Source: Geosiphon pyriformis uo1 (taxonomy: Eukaryota; Fungi; Glomeromycota). From it: a DNA stretch of 64,000 nt. The stretch covers positions 1,115,085 through 1,179,084 of the forward strand of contig JAAOMT010000135.1 in assembly GCA_016748015.1 (NCBI GenBank). Reading direction: 5' to 3'. This document shows positions 13,021-24,725 of this stretch, piece by piece. The translations under genes were made by a program, and so were the position numbers. Within the stretch, counting starts at the first letter, position 1. The number at the start of each line of letters is the position of its first letter. The notes beneath the pieces were generated by a model. That model worked only from the letters and a program-made list of their open reading frames with translations, searched no databases and had not been told where the DNA came from.

Positions 13021-13132
13021 TTTTAATAATTTTAATATTACTAAAAATTAAAAAACTTCTTTCTTTCTTTTGTCTTAAATTTCCAAAAAAGAGTCAAAAA
13101 GTTTTTTAAAAAAAGTTTTTTTACTATTTAGT

Positions 13133-14977
13133 ATGATAAATTCAAACTATTTTTGCTTGATTATAAGGCCACTGTTGGCTTTAATATTACTGTTATAAAA
13201 AAGATTATTAAAAATTCTGGTACAGCTAATAGTTTTAAATCTGTGCTATTAAGAAAAAAAAGAAAAAATAGTATTTTAGAAAATAATATTAAGACTAAAA
13301 AAGTTTTTGCTAAGAGATTGGATAGTTATTTTTGGGATTTGGAAGCTGATAATACTACTAAATCTGATAGTATTAACATAAAAGAGAAGTGTTTAATTAA
13401 AAAAACCAGTTTTGACTATAGTAGTAAGGCTATTTTTAATGGCAAAAATACTGACCAGATGCCAAAAAGTTTACATGTTAAAACCAAAAAGACTTTGGAA
13501 AAACCATTGAACAAAATAAATTTTTTAAGTGATTGTGATGATAATAATATTCTGTTGAACATCTTATTAATTTTCTCTTCTTTTTTAAAAAATTTGGTTG
13601 TTGTTTCTATTAAAAAGGCATTCACTTTGGATATTAAATTAAATAAAGTAACTGAAAAGTTTTCTTAAAAAAAGCTTGTAGTGATTAGAAAGTTATTTTC
13701 AAAAGTCAATGGTTTTGAAAAGGCATTTACTTCTTCAAAATTTACTGGTATTATCAAAGCAATATTCACTTCTAAATTAAGTTTAATGCAAGCTATTGAA
13801 AAGACCAAGAATGTAAAAATCTTGGTTAATACTAATCTCAAAAAATCTACTAAACATTTAGATCAGATTGTAATGATAAAAAAATCCCAATTGGGACATC
13901 AATTAAGACTATTTATATTGCACTATCCAAGTTTGGGTTGATTAAATCAATTAAAATGCAATTGGTAGAACTTTGGCAAAAAGCTGTAATAAAATTTGAC
14001 CAATCTAATTAGACTAATTTGGTTGCAATAAAATAGTCTATCTTAATTAGAAAAAATACTATATGTATAGCCAGAACAGATTTGAACAAAGTAATATAAA
14101 ATGTAAAGAATTGTCATAAGACGTTTTTTTATACATTGCCAATAAAAACAAATGCTTATAATATTTAGAACTTTATTAGTTTTGTGGGTAAAAAAACATG
14201 TATTATCAATCAACATTCAGTTATATATGCTCAGACCAGATGTGCAGTTGTTTGTTTTAACTTAACTAAGTTTTTGGATGCTATCATAAAAACCACACTG
14301 GTTTTAAGAAGTGTCAATTTGCACTAGTCTCATTTGAATTCAGCAAAGTATATTAAGTATAAAAAATTGGGTCATATATTATTGGACTGTTCTATGGATA
14401 AAAAAACTTCTCTTGGTAGTTTATCTCATAGAGTATTATTAAAAGAAGATAAAAGGAGATTGGCATCCATCTATGCTAAACATTTAGTACCAGTCACTTG
14501 TTTTGTTTTTTTGGTAGTGTTTTTTAGACCAAGATTGTTAATGGATCTTTTTTCTTTCTACATGAAATAGTTCAGTTGATTCTGGTTTCTTTTCAGAGAT
14601 AAAACCTACTCTGCTAGTGTCTGTAGAATTAAATAGTAGATTTACTGCTCTTAAGTGCAGTTTTAACAGTCTTACAGAGCAAGTTGTTAAGTTGACTAAG
14701 AGGTTAGATACACTTGGACCAATAGTTTCTCAGCCTAATTTTGAATGTCAGCTGTTGGTAATTTTTTTATTACAGAATTAAGGAATGAATATAATAATAA
14801 GTAAAGGTTCAAGTGCAATTACTAATGTTAAGACTGTTGTGAGAGTAATAAGTTTTTAATTTTTTAATTGTTTTGAAATTAGAAGAAACTTTAAGCAATT
14901 TGTTAAACACAGTTATAAGCCTGTTGACCAGAGTAGACAATATTGGTTTGGGCTCTAACACTCATTTCTTTCAATGA
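13133..14977 (+). pseudogene. LINE ORF1 (RRM/knuckle-type), degenerate
   Basis: ORF fragments 13153-13668, 13681-13941 and 14334-14570, with decayed knuckle 'YIKYKKLGHILLDC'. Ends in TGA overlapping the ORF2 ATG. Confidence 0.7.
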
Positions 14978-15545
14978 CCAATCTTATTTAAAAAGTAGCT
15001 ACATGTAATGTTAGGAATATAAACAATTCTGCTAAGCAAGCTGATGTTATTTATTGGCATAAAGATATAAACAATTTAATTTTCATTATTATTAAGACAA
15101 AATTGAAAAAGAAAGTTTATTCATGAATTATAAACAAGTTTAATAGTGTTTGGGTATTTACTTTTAGTATAAAGTCTGATTATTTGGGTTTTGGTGTTGT
15201 GGTTATTATAAATATTAATTTGATGAAACATATATGTAAGGTTTCAGAAGTTGCTAATAAGCTTTTGTTTATTAAGTTGTTTTTCAGGAATAAATTATTC
15301 ATTTTGATCTTAGAACTATATATTGGTATTATTCTGGCTGTGTGTTTGTTTCAGGTTAGTAAGATCAACTCTCTAATTTTAAAAACTGTAAATAATTTTT
15401 TTTTTATTATCTTAAGTAAAAATTTTAATGAGAATAGTTTTTACAGGTGTGCTAGTTTTAGGAAATGCTTTGATTTAGAGTTGGTTAATTTTTTAGTTAA
15501 AAGTCTAGTTGCAAAAGCCTTAACTTGAGAGAATTTCAGAGGTGC
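14974..15545 (+). pseudogene. LINE ORF2 5' part (APE endonuclease)
   Basis: MTNLI*KVATCNVRNINN..., 'GFGVVVII', 'IILSKNFN' (decayed GDFN), 'T*ENFRG'. Confidence 0.8.
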
Positions 15546-16434
15546 TATTACAGATAATTATTTGGGGTCTCAAAGCAAATAACAAACCTGTAATTTGGTG
15601 CTCAATTGATAATTGATAATGTTGGTTTCTGAAGATTTTCATAATCTGAAGAGTTTGGTTGAGTTCTTTGTATAATGGACAGAGATTCAATTGATAGTTT
15701 TTATCTGTAGCTTTCTAAAACTGCAGTTTTGTCAATTTTTTTCTCAGTGTAATGGCCAATAATCCTCTTGGTAAGCTATCCTTAAATCTGAGTATCTACT
15801 CTTATTTCTGGATCTTTTACCAATGCTATATCCTGACGTCAGTATCTTTGCATGTAAATCTTTTTAATCAAGTTAACAAACAACAAAAAAAATAAAGCAA
15901 GAAAGAAAATAACAAAAATAAGAAACATAAGCCAAGACAATTTGCACGTTAGTATCTTGTCAATAGCCGTAATCAAGAGCTATTGTTCCAGTATGGTTAA
16001 ATATCAATTACTATCAACACTTCATGTTGATAGTGGAGAGTAGATTAAAATAGTGAATAATTATTTATTGATATTTGTGATGTGGAATGTTGCTTAGATC
16101 AAATCTAAACTAAGAGATCTGTCTTTTTTTCTTTTAATGCTATCACTATATATACATAATTGATGTTCTATAAAATTGCTCACATTCCTGAACAATATGC
16201 TATGATTTTTTGAGCAATACTCATATTGCTGAACAATGTGCCCTAATTTTCTAATATCACTCTATATTGCTGAGTAATATGCCATGATTTTTGACATTGC
16301 TCCATATTGCTAAGCAATATGCCATAATTTCTGACATTGCTCCATATTGCTGAGCAATATGTTCACATGCTAACTACTACTCTCTTATTGGTCTGATATT
16401 TTCTATATCTGTTTTTTCTCTTTTATGAGTAATA
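15546..16434 (-). repeat. 3' LTR of the Gypsy element, with ~40-bp tandem repeats at ~16180-16360
   Basis: Direct repeat of 24726-25584. Termini are TGTTAC..GTAACA-like, decayed to TATTAC. Confidence 0.92.
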
Positions 16435-16453
16435 TTATCTTCTCCTTTTAATA

Positions 16454-17083
16454 TTAAGCTTCATCAAAATTCTTATTTTGAATTATGTCAAATACTTTTT
16501 TTTCAAGTAGTGTCTGTTCCACCCTACTCTTTATTTTTTCAATTTGTGAGTTGTTTATTCTTCTTTATTGGTTAATGGTTATTGTTTTTATGTCAAAATG
16601 TAACAATACTTTTGGATAGTTTTAAAATATAGTATGTAGTTGATAAATAGTCCTGATGTATAATATTAAGTTTGTTTTCTTTTCAATAATGTTTTCAATG
16701 TTCTGGATTATTTTTTGATTGAAAATTCTCTTGGATTTGTCAAAATATAACTTCTGAATATCTACTTTTTGTTCCAGTTGATAGTAGCAATATGGTATTA
16801 GAAATTGGTCTATCCATTTGTTTCAATTTTTTTTCACCAGTTCTTCTGTTGGAACTATAATAGTTATCTTTCCAAAAGTGTTCTTTACTTTCTTTATTAT
16901 TTTATCTAACCAGTTTATTAACTGTTTCTGTGGTTGCTGGTATGGTGTGTTTTTCCCTTTTTGTTTGGTGTTTTGATAACAAATTGTTTGGTTGTTGATA
17001 ATAATTTCCATGTTTACTTGCTGTTGACTTAAAGCTTGAAACAATTGTTGAGCTAAAGTGTGAATATAGTCTGGTATTTCCAT
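16454..17083 (-). pseudogene. Extra ORF3 downstream of integrase, ~200 aa, unknown function
   Basis: MEIPDYIHTLAQQLFQALSQQQVNMEIIINNQTICYQNT... continues through a few stops to just before the PPT. A homolog lies at ~36110-36760 (+). Confidence 0.65.
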
Positions 17084-17269
17084 TTTTTTTTTCTTTTTTG
17101 TTGCTTTTGTTGTATATACTATGTCTTTATATAATCTTTTGGTTGTTTAATTTGACATATTTGGTTTAATGATTATGATTGGTTCCAGATCTTGTGGAAT
17201 TTCATCTGGTTAGACTAATATTCTTTGTACTCCTAATTGTGGAATATTACTGGTGGATGGTGACACTAT

Positions 17270-19976
17270 ATAGTAATATTGTTTTAGTCAATTATCATGT
17301 GCTGTTTTGGCTAAGATTTTGTTATTCTATCTTAATTTATAAGTTTTATTTCCTAGAATTTCTTCTATGTGAAATGGTCCATCTCATTTCGAATCAAATT
17401 TTTCACTTCATTGTTTTTTTGCTTTGGTACAATATAGAAGTATTTTGTCTCCAATCTTGAATTCAATTGGTTTGGTTATTGTGTCTTTCTTTTTGTTTTT
17501 TTTGTGACTTTTGGATGTTATTAGCTGCTCTTTGTCATTTGTTTTCTAGTGTCTCTATTAAGTCATATGTTCTTTTCAACAATGTTTTTTGAAAATTTTC
17601 TTCTGTTATTGGTTTTGTTGAATATGTTTTGATTTCTATCTCAACTGGTAATGTTGTTGTTCTACCATATACTAATTTAAATAGTGTTGCTTGTGTAGTA
17701 TCTTGCTTCATTGTCCAATAAGCAAATAATACTAATAGTATGAACAAATCTCATTTATCTTGGTTTTTTTGGCTGATCTTGGCTATTGCTTTACACAGTA
17801 TTCTGTTGAACTTTTCAACTAATTCATTTGTTTGTAAATGATATGGTGATAATAATGGTCTTTTTATTTCAAATCTTTGACTTAATTTTGCCAATGTTCT
17901 ATTCACAAAGTAAGTTTCTTAATCTGATAGTAGTTTTTTTGGACATCTGTGTTGACAAATCAAATCTTGATGAATGAATTTGGCAACAAATTCTGCATCT
18001 GCTCTTTGAATGACTTTTGTTTTTGGTCATTTTGTGAGATAATCTATGGCTACTGCAATATATCTGTTGTTTCTGCTGGTAATTGTTAATGGTCTGACTA
18101 AGTCAATTCCAATACAATCAAATAGTTGTTTCACTTTGATTGGTCTCAATAGTTTACTGGGTTTTGTCCCACTTTTTTTTTGACAAATATCACAATTTTG
18201 AACATATTAAATGATGTCTGGATACATTAATGGCTAATAGTATCTTTTTCTGATTCTTTTTATAGTTGCTTTTTTATGAAAATATCCTGCTGTTGGATCT
18301 GAGTGCATGTTAAATAATATTGTCTCTTTCTCTGGTTCTGTAATTACTCTGGTTGGTTGATCTGAATTTTTTTTGTTCTTCTAGTAAAGTATATTTTGAT
18401 AGTTAATAAAATATTTTAATTGTTGTTTTATGTTGTTTTGTTCTTTCCGAAATAATTTCTCCTTGAACAATTGGGTATTTATATAATGTTGGAGTTGTTG
18501 GTATTTTTGTATATTTATCTTTTGTTATATTTTTGGGTTGAAATGTTTTTAAATTTGTTTTATTTGTAACAGACCATTGACATTTCTGTTTTTTTTTCTT
18601 TTTTTGTAATATACTGTATAATTAAATAGTGAAAGCTCTATTTTTCATCTGACATGGCAATTGTCTCCAAATTCTTGCTTCTAGATTGAAGTTAATTCTT
18701 TGTGATCAGTGTACACATCAAACTTTTGACTCAAGTATTCTTTTCATTTGATGACAGCCCAATAGATTGCTAAGTGTTCCAATGCTAGAATTCCATAGTT
18801 TTTTTCAGCTGAACTTAAGCTGTGGCTAACATATGCTACTGGGTGTTTTTGTTCATCCAGTTTTTTTTAAAATAGTACTATTCCTAATGCTTGACCCAAC
18901 ACATCTGTTGTAATTATGAATGGTTTACTATGATCTGGATAGATCAATACTGGGACTTGAATAAGCTTTCTTCTTAATGTATCAAAAGCTTCTTGCTGGG
19001 TTTCTGTCCATTTATATTTCGTGTTCTTTGTTTGTAGTTGATATAGTGGTTGAGCTATTTTGGAAAAGTCTTTGATAAAGTGATAGTAGTAATTAGCAAA
19101 TCCCAAGAATGTTTTTAATTCTGTGAGATTATTTGGTACTGGAAAGTTTTTAACAATCTTAATCTTATTTGAATCCATTTTAATACTGTCTTTGTTTATA
19201 ATATGTCCTAGAAACTTGAGTTCTGTTTTACCAAAGAAGCATTTGTTTGCATTTAATTTTAGCTCTGCTTATTTAAGTCTTTTAAATACCTGTTAGAAAT
19301 AATGCAGATGATTATCAAATGTTTTTAAAAACACATTGGTATTGTTTAGATATATGACTACTGATTTTTATAATAACCTTATATAGACAATTTTCATGAG
19401 CCATTAAAATGTGGTTGGAGTATTCATCAAGCCAAATGGCATCACTTCAAATTCAAAATTTTCTTCTTGAGTTGTAAAAGCTGTTTTTTCCTTGTCTTCT
19501 AATTTTATAGCTACTTGCCAGTAACCACTATCTAAGTCTAAAGTTGAGAACCATTTTTTTTCTCCAAAAGTGTCAAACAGCTTTTGAATCTTTGGTATTG
19601 GATAACTATCTCTTTTTGTCATTCCATTCAGTTTTTGGTAATCCACACAAAAGTAGATTTTTCCATTTTTTTTATGAACTAGTACTACTAGTAATGACCA
19701 TGAACTTATTAATGGCTGAATTAGCCCATTGTCAAGCATCTGATTAATTTTTTAATAAATGATCTCATGGCTGGCTGGTGATACTCTGTATGCTCTTTGT
19801 TTGATTGACATTGCATCTCCAGTCTTAATCTGATGCTGAATTATGTCAGTTCTGCCAAATTTATTTTCACTGGCAAAGATGTTGTTAAAGTTGTTAAGTA
19901 ACATCTTAAGTTGCATCTGTTGAAGTGGGTTTAAGTTTTCCAAGTTTATTTGTTCTAACTGTTTTGGCTGGAGCAA
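17270..19976 (-). pseudogene. Gypsy pol: reverse transcriptase, RNase H, integrase
   Basis: RT 'SSWSLLVVLVHKKNGKIYFCVDYQKLN...FSTLDLDSGYWQV...FEVMPFGLMNTPTTF'. RH 'PFIITTDVLGQALG'. Integrase 'LFAY...TTQATLFKLVYGR' and a GPF/Y-like C-terminus. Confidence 0.92.
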
Positions 19977-20349
19977 ATAGCATTTTTTTCATCTGTATAT
20001 GATTTGAGATGTGATATCTACATATCTGCACAGTTGTGGAAAATCTGGAATGGTGTTTGGCAATTGGTCTTCAATTTTAGTGGTTAAATATCAATAGTGG
20101 TTCCTTCTGGTATCTTGATAATATCTCTTGTGTTGTTATAAATGAGAATTTTAATGTGACTGTGGTTCTTGGCTGGTATGTGTAGATTGACTAATCTAAT
20201 TTTTTTTAATTCACAAATTGTTGCTTCTGCTTCAAAAATTTGTACTTGATCCTTTACTTTTCTCTCTATGATTACTATGTACTGGTCATATGGTAGAATG
20301 GAAATTGATTGATGGGTGGAGATAATTTCTCCCTTGTCAACAATTTTTT

Positions 20350-20773
20350 TTTCTGCCATATTAATTGGTACATCTATTCTACTTGTGAATCCAAAACTCT
20401 GTATTTCTTTAGCTGTAATCTCTAATTTTTTTCTGTTTCTTACTGATACTAATTGAGCTATTTTAACCAGAGACAGGAATATTACCTGTGCTATCTTTTT
20501 ATTTGGCTCTATAATGTAGGTCTTTTCTGAGTCATTTTGTAGCATTACAATGATATTTTTTATATATCTTGTATCAATTATTTTTTCTCTGATATTAATT
20601 TCTCTTTTTGCCAAACTATTCTTAAATGCTAATTGAACTATTGTTGTTGCTGAGATCTCTAATGCTACTTTGAAATCAATATATGTGTGTAAATGCAGTT
20701 CCAATTTAATAGTGTCTTTTTTTGGATATTTCAGATTAAATCCAGCATTAGTATTATGTACACATTCTGACAT
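20350..20773 (-). pseudogene. Retrotransposon-encoded trimeric dUTPase
   Basis: All five motifs in order, decayed: 'NAGFNL' (DAGFDL), 'AFKNSLA' (RSSLA), 'KIIDTRYIK' (GIIDxGYxG), 'KIAQVIF', 'AKEIQSFGFT' (RGxxGFGST). Confidence 0.88.
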
Positions 20774-21927
20774 AATACTTTCATCATTATTACTGAACTA
20801 TTTCAGTTTCTGCTCCTTGGTAAGATCAGAGTTTAAATCTGAGTCTAAATTATTGTTATTTTTATTGCCATATTGAGTAAAGCTGGAACTGTTGTTTTTG
20901 TCATCATCATTATCAGAGTTTGAATTGGAATTGAAAATTGATTCTAATTCTGATGCACAGCTGCTAATTGGTTTTTTCTCTTCTGGAATCATATAAATTA
21001 TGTGTAGTGGTGAATTGTAAATGAGGTCACACTTATTACAATACTAAAAATTATATGGGATCAAACAGTAGTTATATAGTCTTGTGTTTATTTCTTCTAA
21101 TCATTGTTCTTGTTCTTCTCTAGTGGATGTTAATTCTTGGTAATGCTCATGGAATTGTTCTGGGCCTATAGGCTCTAGGATAATATCTGGGTTCAGGCCC
21201 CCATTGAGTTTTATAAGTTCTGATGAGTTGTTTTTGATCATCTTTATTTCTTCTGATAATATTTCTTTAATTTTGGTGAGTGCTATTTGCCAGATTTTGT
21301 CATTATTGTGTAGACATCTGTTTAAATGTTTTACTGCTCTTCTCTAGACTGCTTCTATTGGTGTCTTTTTTCTTATCCAGTTACTTATTAGGATTGTGTA
21401 CTGACACAATTTATCGCATGTTTTTCTTTCAGGAATGTTATTCTATATTTTTTTGTCAAAGAGAGTTTTGCCACAAGCCAAACATGGTTCATTGTCCTAT
21501 TTTCTTTTTTTTTTGGTCATCTAAACCATTCAATAATACATGGGTGGCAATAGAATTTAGTTGCTATCAGCCATTCTTTGTCATTGCCACAACATACATC
21601 TATTGTGGACAATTTCTTGCCACAATCAATGCATATTAGTTTCAGTCAATAATAGTTAGATGGTAGTAGTATAGTATAGATGTAGGGAATATGAGTAGCG
21701 ATGGTGATTGGTGCTGGCTCTTTTTTTTTTTCTTTTTCTTTTCCTTTTGTATTCTCTTTCCACTCTCAAGTTGGTATCAGTTCAGTGTTATTGTCATCAA
21801 TCCACCATGTTTGGTTGGCATTTTTGGCAGGTTCTTCTTTTTTCTTTTTCTTTTCATTGTCATTCCAGAATAATACTGGTGGCAACTCGTTGTGATTGGT
21901 GTTGGCCCAGGAAACTTGATAGGCTTC

Positions 21928-24630
21928 TTAGATAGGTTTTCTTTCTTCTTCTTTTAATTCAATGAGCAGCTTGTTGTTAGTAGTGATCTTAAAATGACCA
22001 CAAATAGCTGGCACAAGTGTATGGTGGCTGTTTTGGTTGATTTGCAGTTTTTGAGTGTTCCAGTCAAGCATGGTGTTGGTTTTAGACAGCCAGTTGTTTC
22101 CAATAAGAGCTTGGTACTGAGTTGTTTCTATTACCAATACCTTGATTGGTATTATGATGCCATTAACTTCAAATGGGAAGTTGTCTATTTTACCAATTGG
22201 AGTTTTGGTCACTCCATCAGCTGTTATAATTCTGGCACTGGCAGAGTGATCAACTCGGTGACCTAATTGGTCTATAAGTTGTCATGTGATAATACTGCCA
22301 ACTGATCTACTGTTTAAAACCAGTTTAATGTGCTGCCCATCAACTTTAACATTTGTATACATTGCAGTGATGGGTTTTGATTCTAGGGTGGCTCCACTGA
22401 ATAGCGGCATTTTAGCTGGTTCTTTGAGTTTAAAAGAGAAAATAGTAGTAAGTAATTCATTCTCAGTAATGGTTGCTGGCAGTATATTGTTAATAAGTGG
22501 CTGCTTTTGTTTGGTTTCCAAGTTGTGAGATATGGTGTCTTCTGGAGTTACTAAGAGACTTAAATAGTTCTGGAAACTCGGGTTTTGGGTGTATCTAGTC
22601 TTCAAATTCTGAAAGTGTGTTCCTGATTGTTGGATGGAAGAGCTAGAAATTGGTTAATAAACAACCATTGCTGATCTCTAGTTTTGTTGTATTATTCTCA
22701 GCTGTTGTGTTCTAATTTGAGATAAGTTTGATGACAGTGTTTGAATTTGTTGGGGCTGGTATATTACTTGCAGCTATGGCTGATAAATGACAAGTGTTGT
22801 CAGCTAATAAATGAGAGCTTGATATACTGGTAGTTAATAAATTGGCTGTTGTGGCATTTGGGTGTAATAAGGTGAGTATTGATCCTAATTTGGGTATTGA
22901 TTCAGCATTTGAAACTTACAATCAAGATTTTGGTATTAATTTTCCAATCCTGAATTATTATTATAAGAATGGCAATTAATTTTTAAATGGCCTTGTTTAC
23001 CACAATTGTGGTAAATACATGTCTCTTGCTGTTATAATTGATTGAATGATGGTAAAAGATACAACTGATTTTGGGAGTAATTCATATTTCTAAAATTATT
23101 GTGTTATTGGAGTGGCTAATAAATTGTGCAATTGTCTGCTAAGTACTTTTCTAATTTTTGATTAATTGAATCACTGAGTTGCTTCAATTTGGAATCCAAG
23201 TTAGATGATCCATTCATTACTAGATTTATGGCTTGGGCATAGTTGGCTTCTAATTCAGCAGCTTCAAAATCTCTGGTACTTGTAACTGTGGCTTGAAAGT
23301 CTACTGGATGCATTGGACATACACATTAAAGAATACTACTGTATAGACCTTTAATGAATTGATTTAGAATTTGTGGTGCTGTAAAATAGTCAGCTTGGAT
23401 TGCTTGAATTTAGTGCAAGTTCTTGTGGAAGCATCCCAAGTAAGTGGTAACTGCTTCAGTTTATCTTTGTTTGATTGTAATGAAGACATTGGCTAGGTGA
23501 TTAATACTGTTATTATTACTAAAATATCTCAAGAATGCAATTTTAAATTCCTGGAATGTTTGAGATTTGGCAGCTAAACTTTGATACCATGAGTTGATAG
23601 TATTTTGTAGAAAATAAGAGATCACTTGAAGAGCTCTGTCATCATTCCATCTATTGGCTGTGATGGCTTTTTCTATGTCATTGAGTCATACTTGGGCATT
23701 GTTCTCTTTGCCAGTAAATTTTTTTATCTTGGCAATTGGAGTATAGGCCATTGGTTGTTGTTGTGATTGTTGTTGTAGTCACTACTAGACTTGTTGTTGG
23801 GGTAGCAGTTGTGGCTGTTGTTGCTGTTCAGCAATTGGTAGAATGAGTAGTAAATTGATCTCAATTATTGGAGGTAAGTTTTGCTGATTAATTATGTTGG
23901 AGTTTAAATTATTCTGATTTTCTGAAGTTTGAATATTCAGAGTTTGATTTTCTGGATTTTTTAAGATTGGTTTTTGCTTGTTAATTTCCTGATTACTATT
24001 TTTTTTTTTCTTGAAATCGGTTACTTTTTAAAGACTAATGGCTTCAAAATCTGGTTGTGGTGGTGGTGATTGAATTCTTAATAGCATTGAAAATTGTGAT
24101 TTAAATCCCTCAAAATAATTGCCATATGTTCTCAATAATTCTGCTTTTTTTTGTTTACTTTGGAATGGAATTCTGTTCAATAGTGTTGTCATGCTTGCTA
24201 TAGTCATGTTTATTATGTTAATAGTACTTCTGGGTGTATAATAATATGATGAATTCACAGGTAAATCAAATTTTTGTTTCTTCCAAGTAGGTAGTTGGAT
24301 TTGTTTTGGTGTTCCAGCTGGTGTTTGTAACCTTCCTTTTCCTTTGTCAGCAAAAGTAATAGGAAATCTCTACTTGGTGTATCTTTTAATTTTCTTGTTT
24401 ATTTCTGTGATTAGGGGTGCAAATAAGTAGTTTTGTGGAAGGGTGATGCTTTGGAGTAGTTCACTGAAAAAATTGTTGAAGATGGATTCTGGATCTCCTT
24501 GGCCTCCTAAATGATATATTATTCTTTTATTGACAGAGCAGTTAAAAGCTGATTCTGTTGGCCAACTATTATTTGTTAATTCAAGATGGGTGTAATAGTG
24601 TTGGAATAAGAATTTTGCAAATTCCAAATA
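21928..24630 (-). pseudogene. Gypsy gag (capsid + CCHC knuckle) and aspartic protease
   Basis: Gag 'KIKKFTGKENNAQV*LNDIEKAITANRWND...QILNQFIKGL'. Knuckle 'HNCGKQGHLKINC' at ~22970-23015. Protease 'KVDGQHIKLVLNSRSVGSII' (LDSGS) and 'ALIGNNWL'. Confidence 0.85.
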
Positions 24631-24725
24631 GTTTGTCTCTATTTCTTCAGATTCTGCTACTGTTTTGGATGGTTATTTGTTAATGCCAGTTTTCTGTTAG
24701 ATTATACCTCACAGAGAGTACCAAA

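Noticed and set aside
16180-16360. ~40-bp repeats with short palindromes (TTGCTGAGCAA)
   Set aside because: Head-to-tail U3 repeats present in both LTRs, not a CRISPR array.
21280-21935. Several hydrophobic plus-strand ORFs (also 17179-17460, 31204-31434, 42817-43008)
   Set aside because: Antisense or low-complexity artefacts of AT-rich retroelement DNA, not env or membrane proteins.
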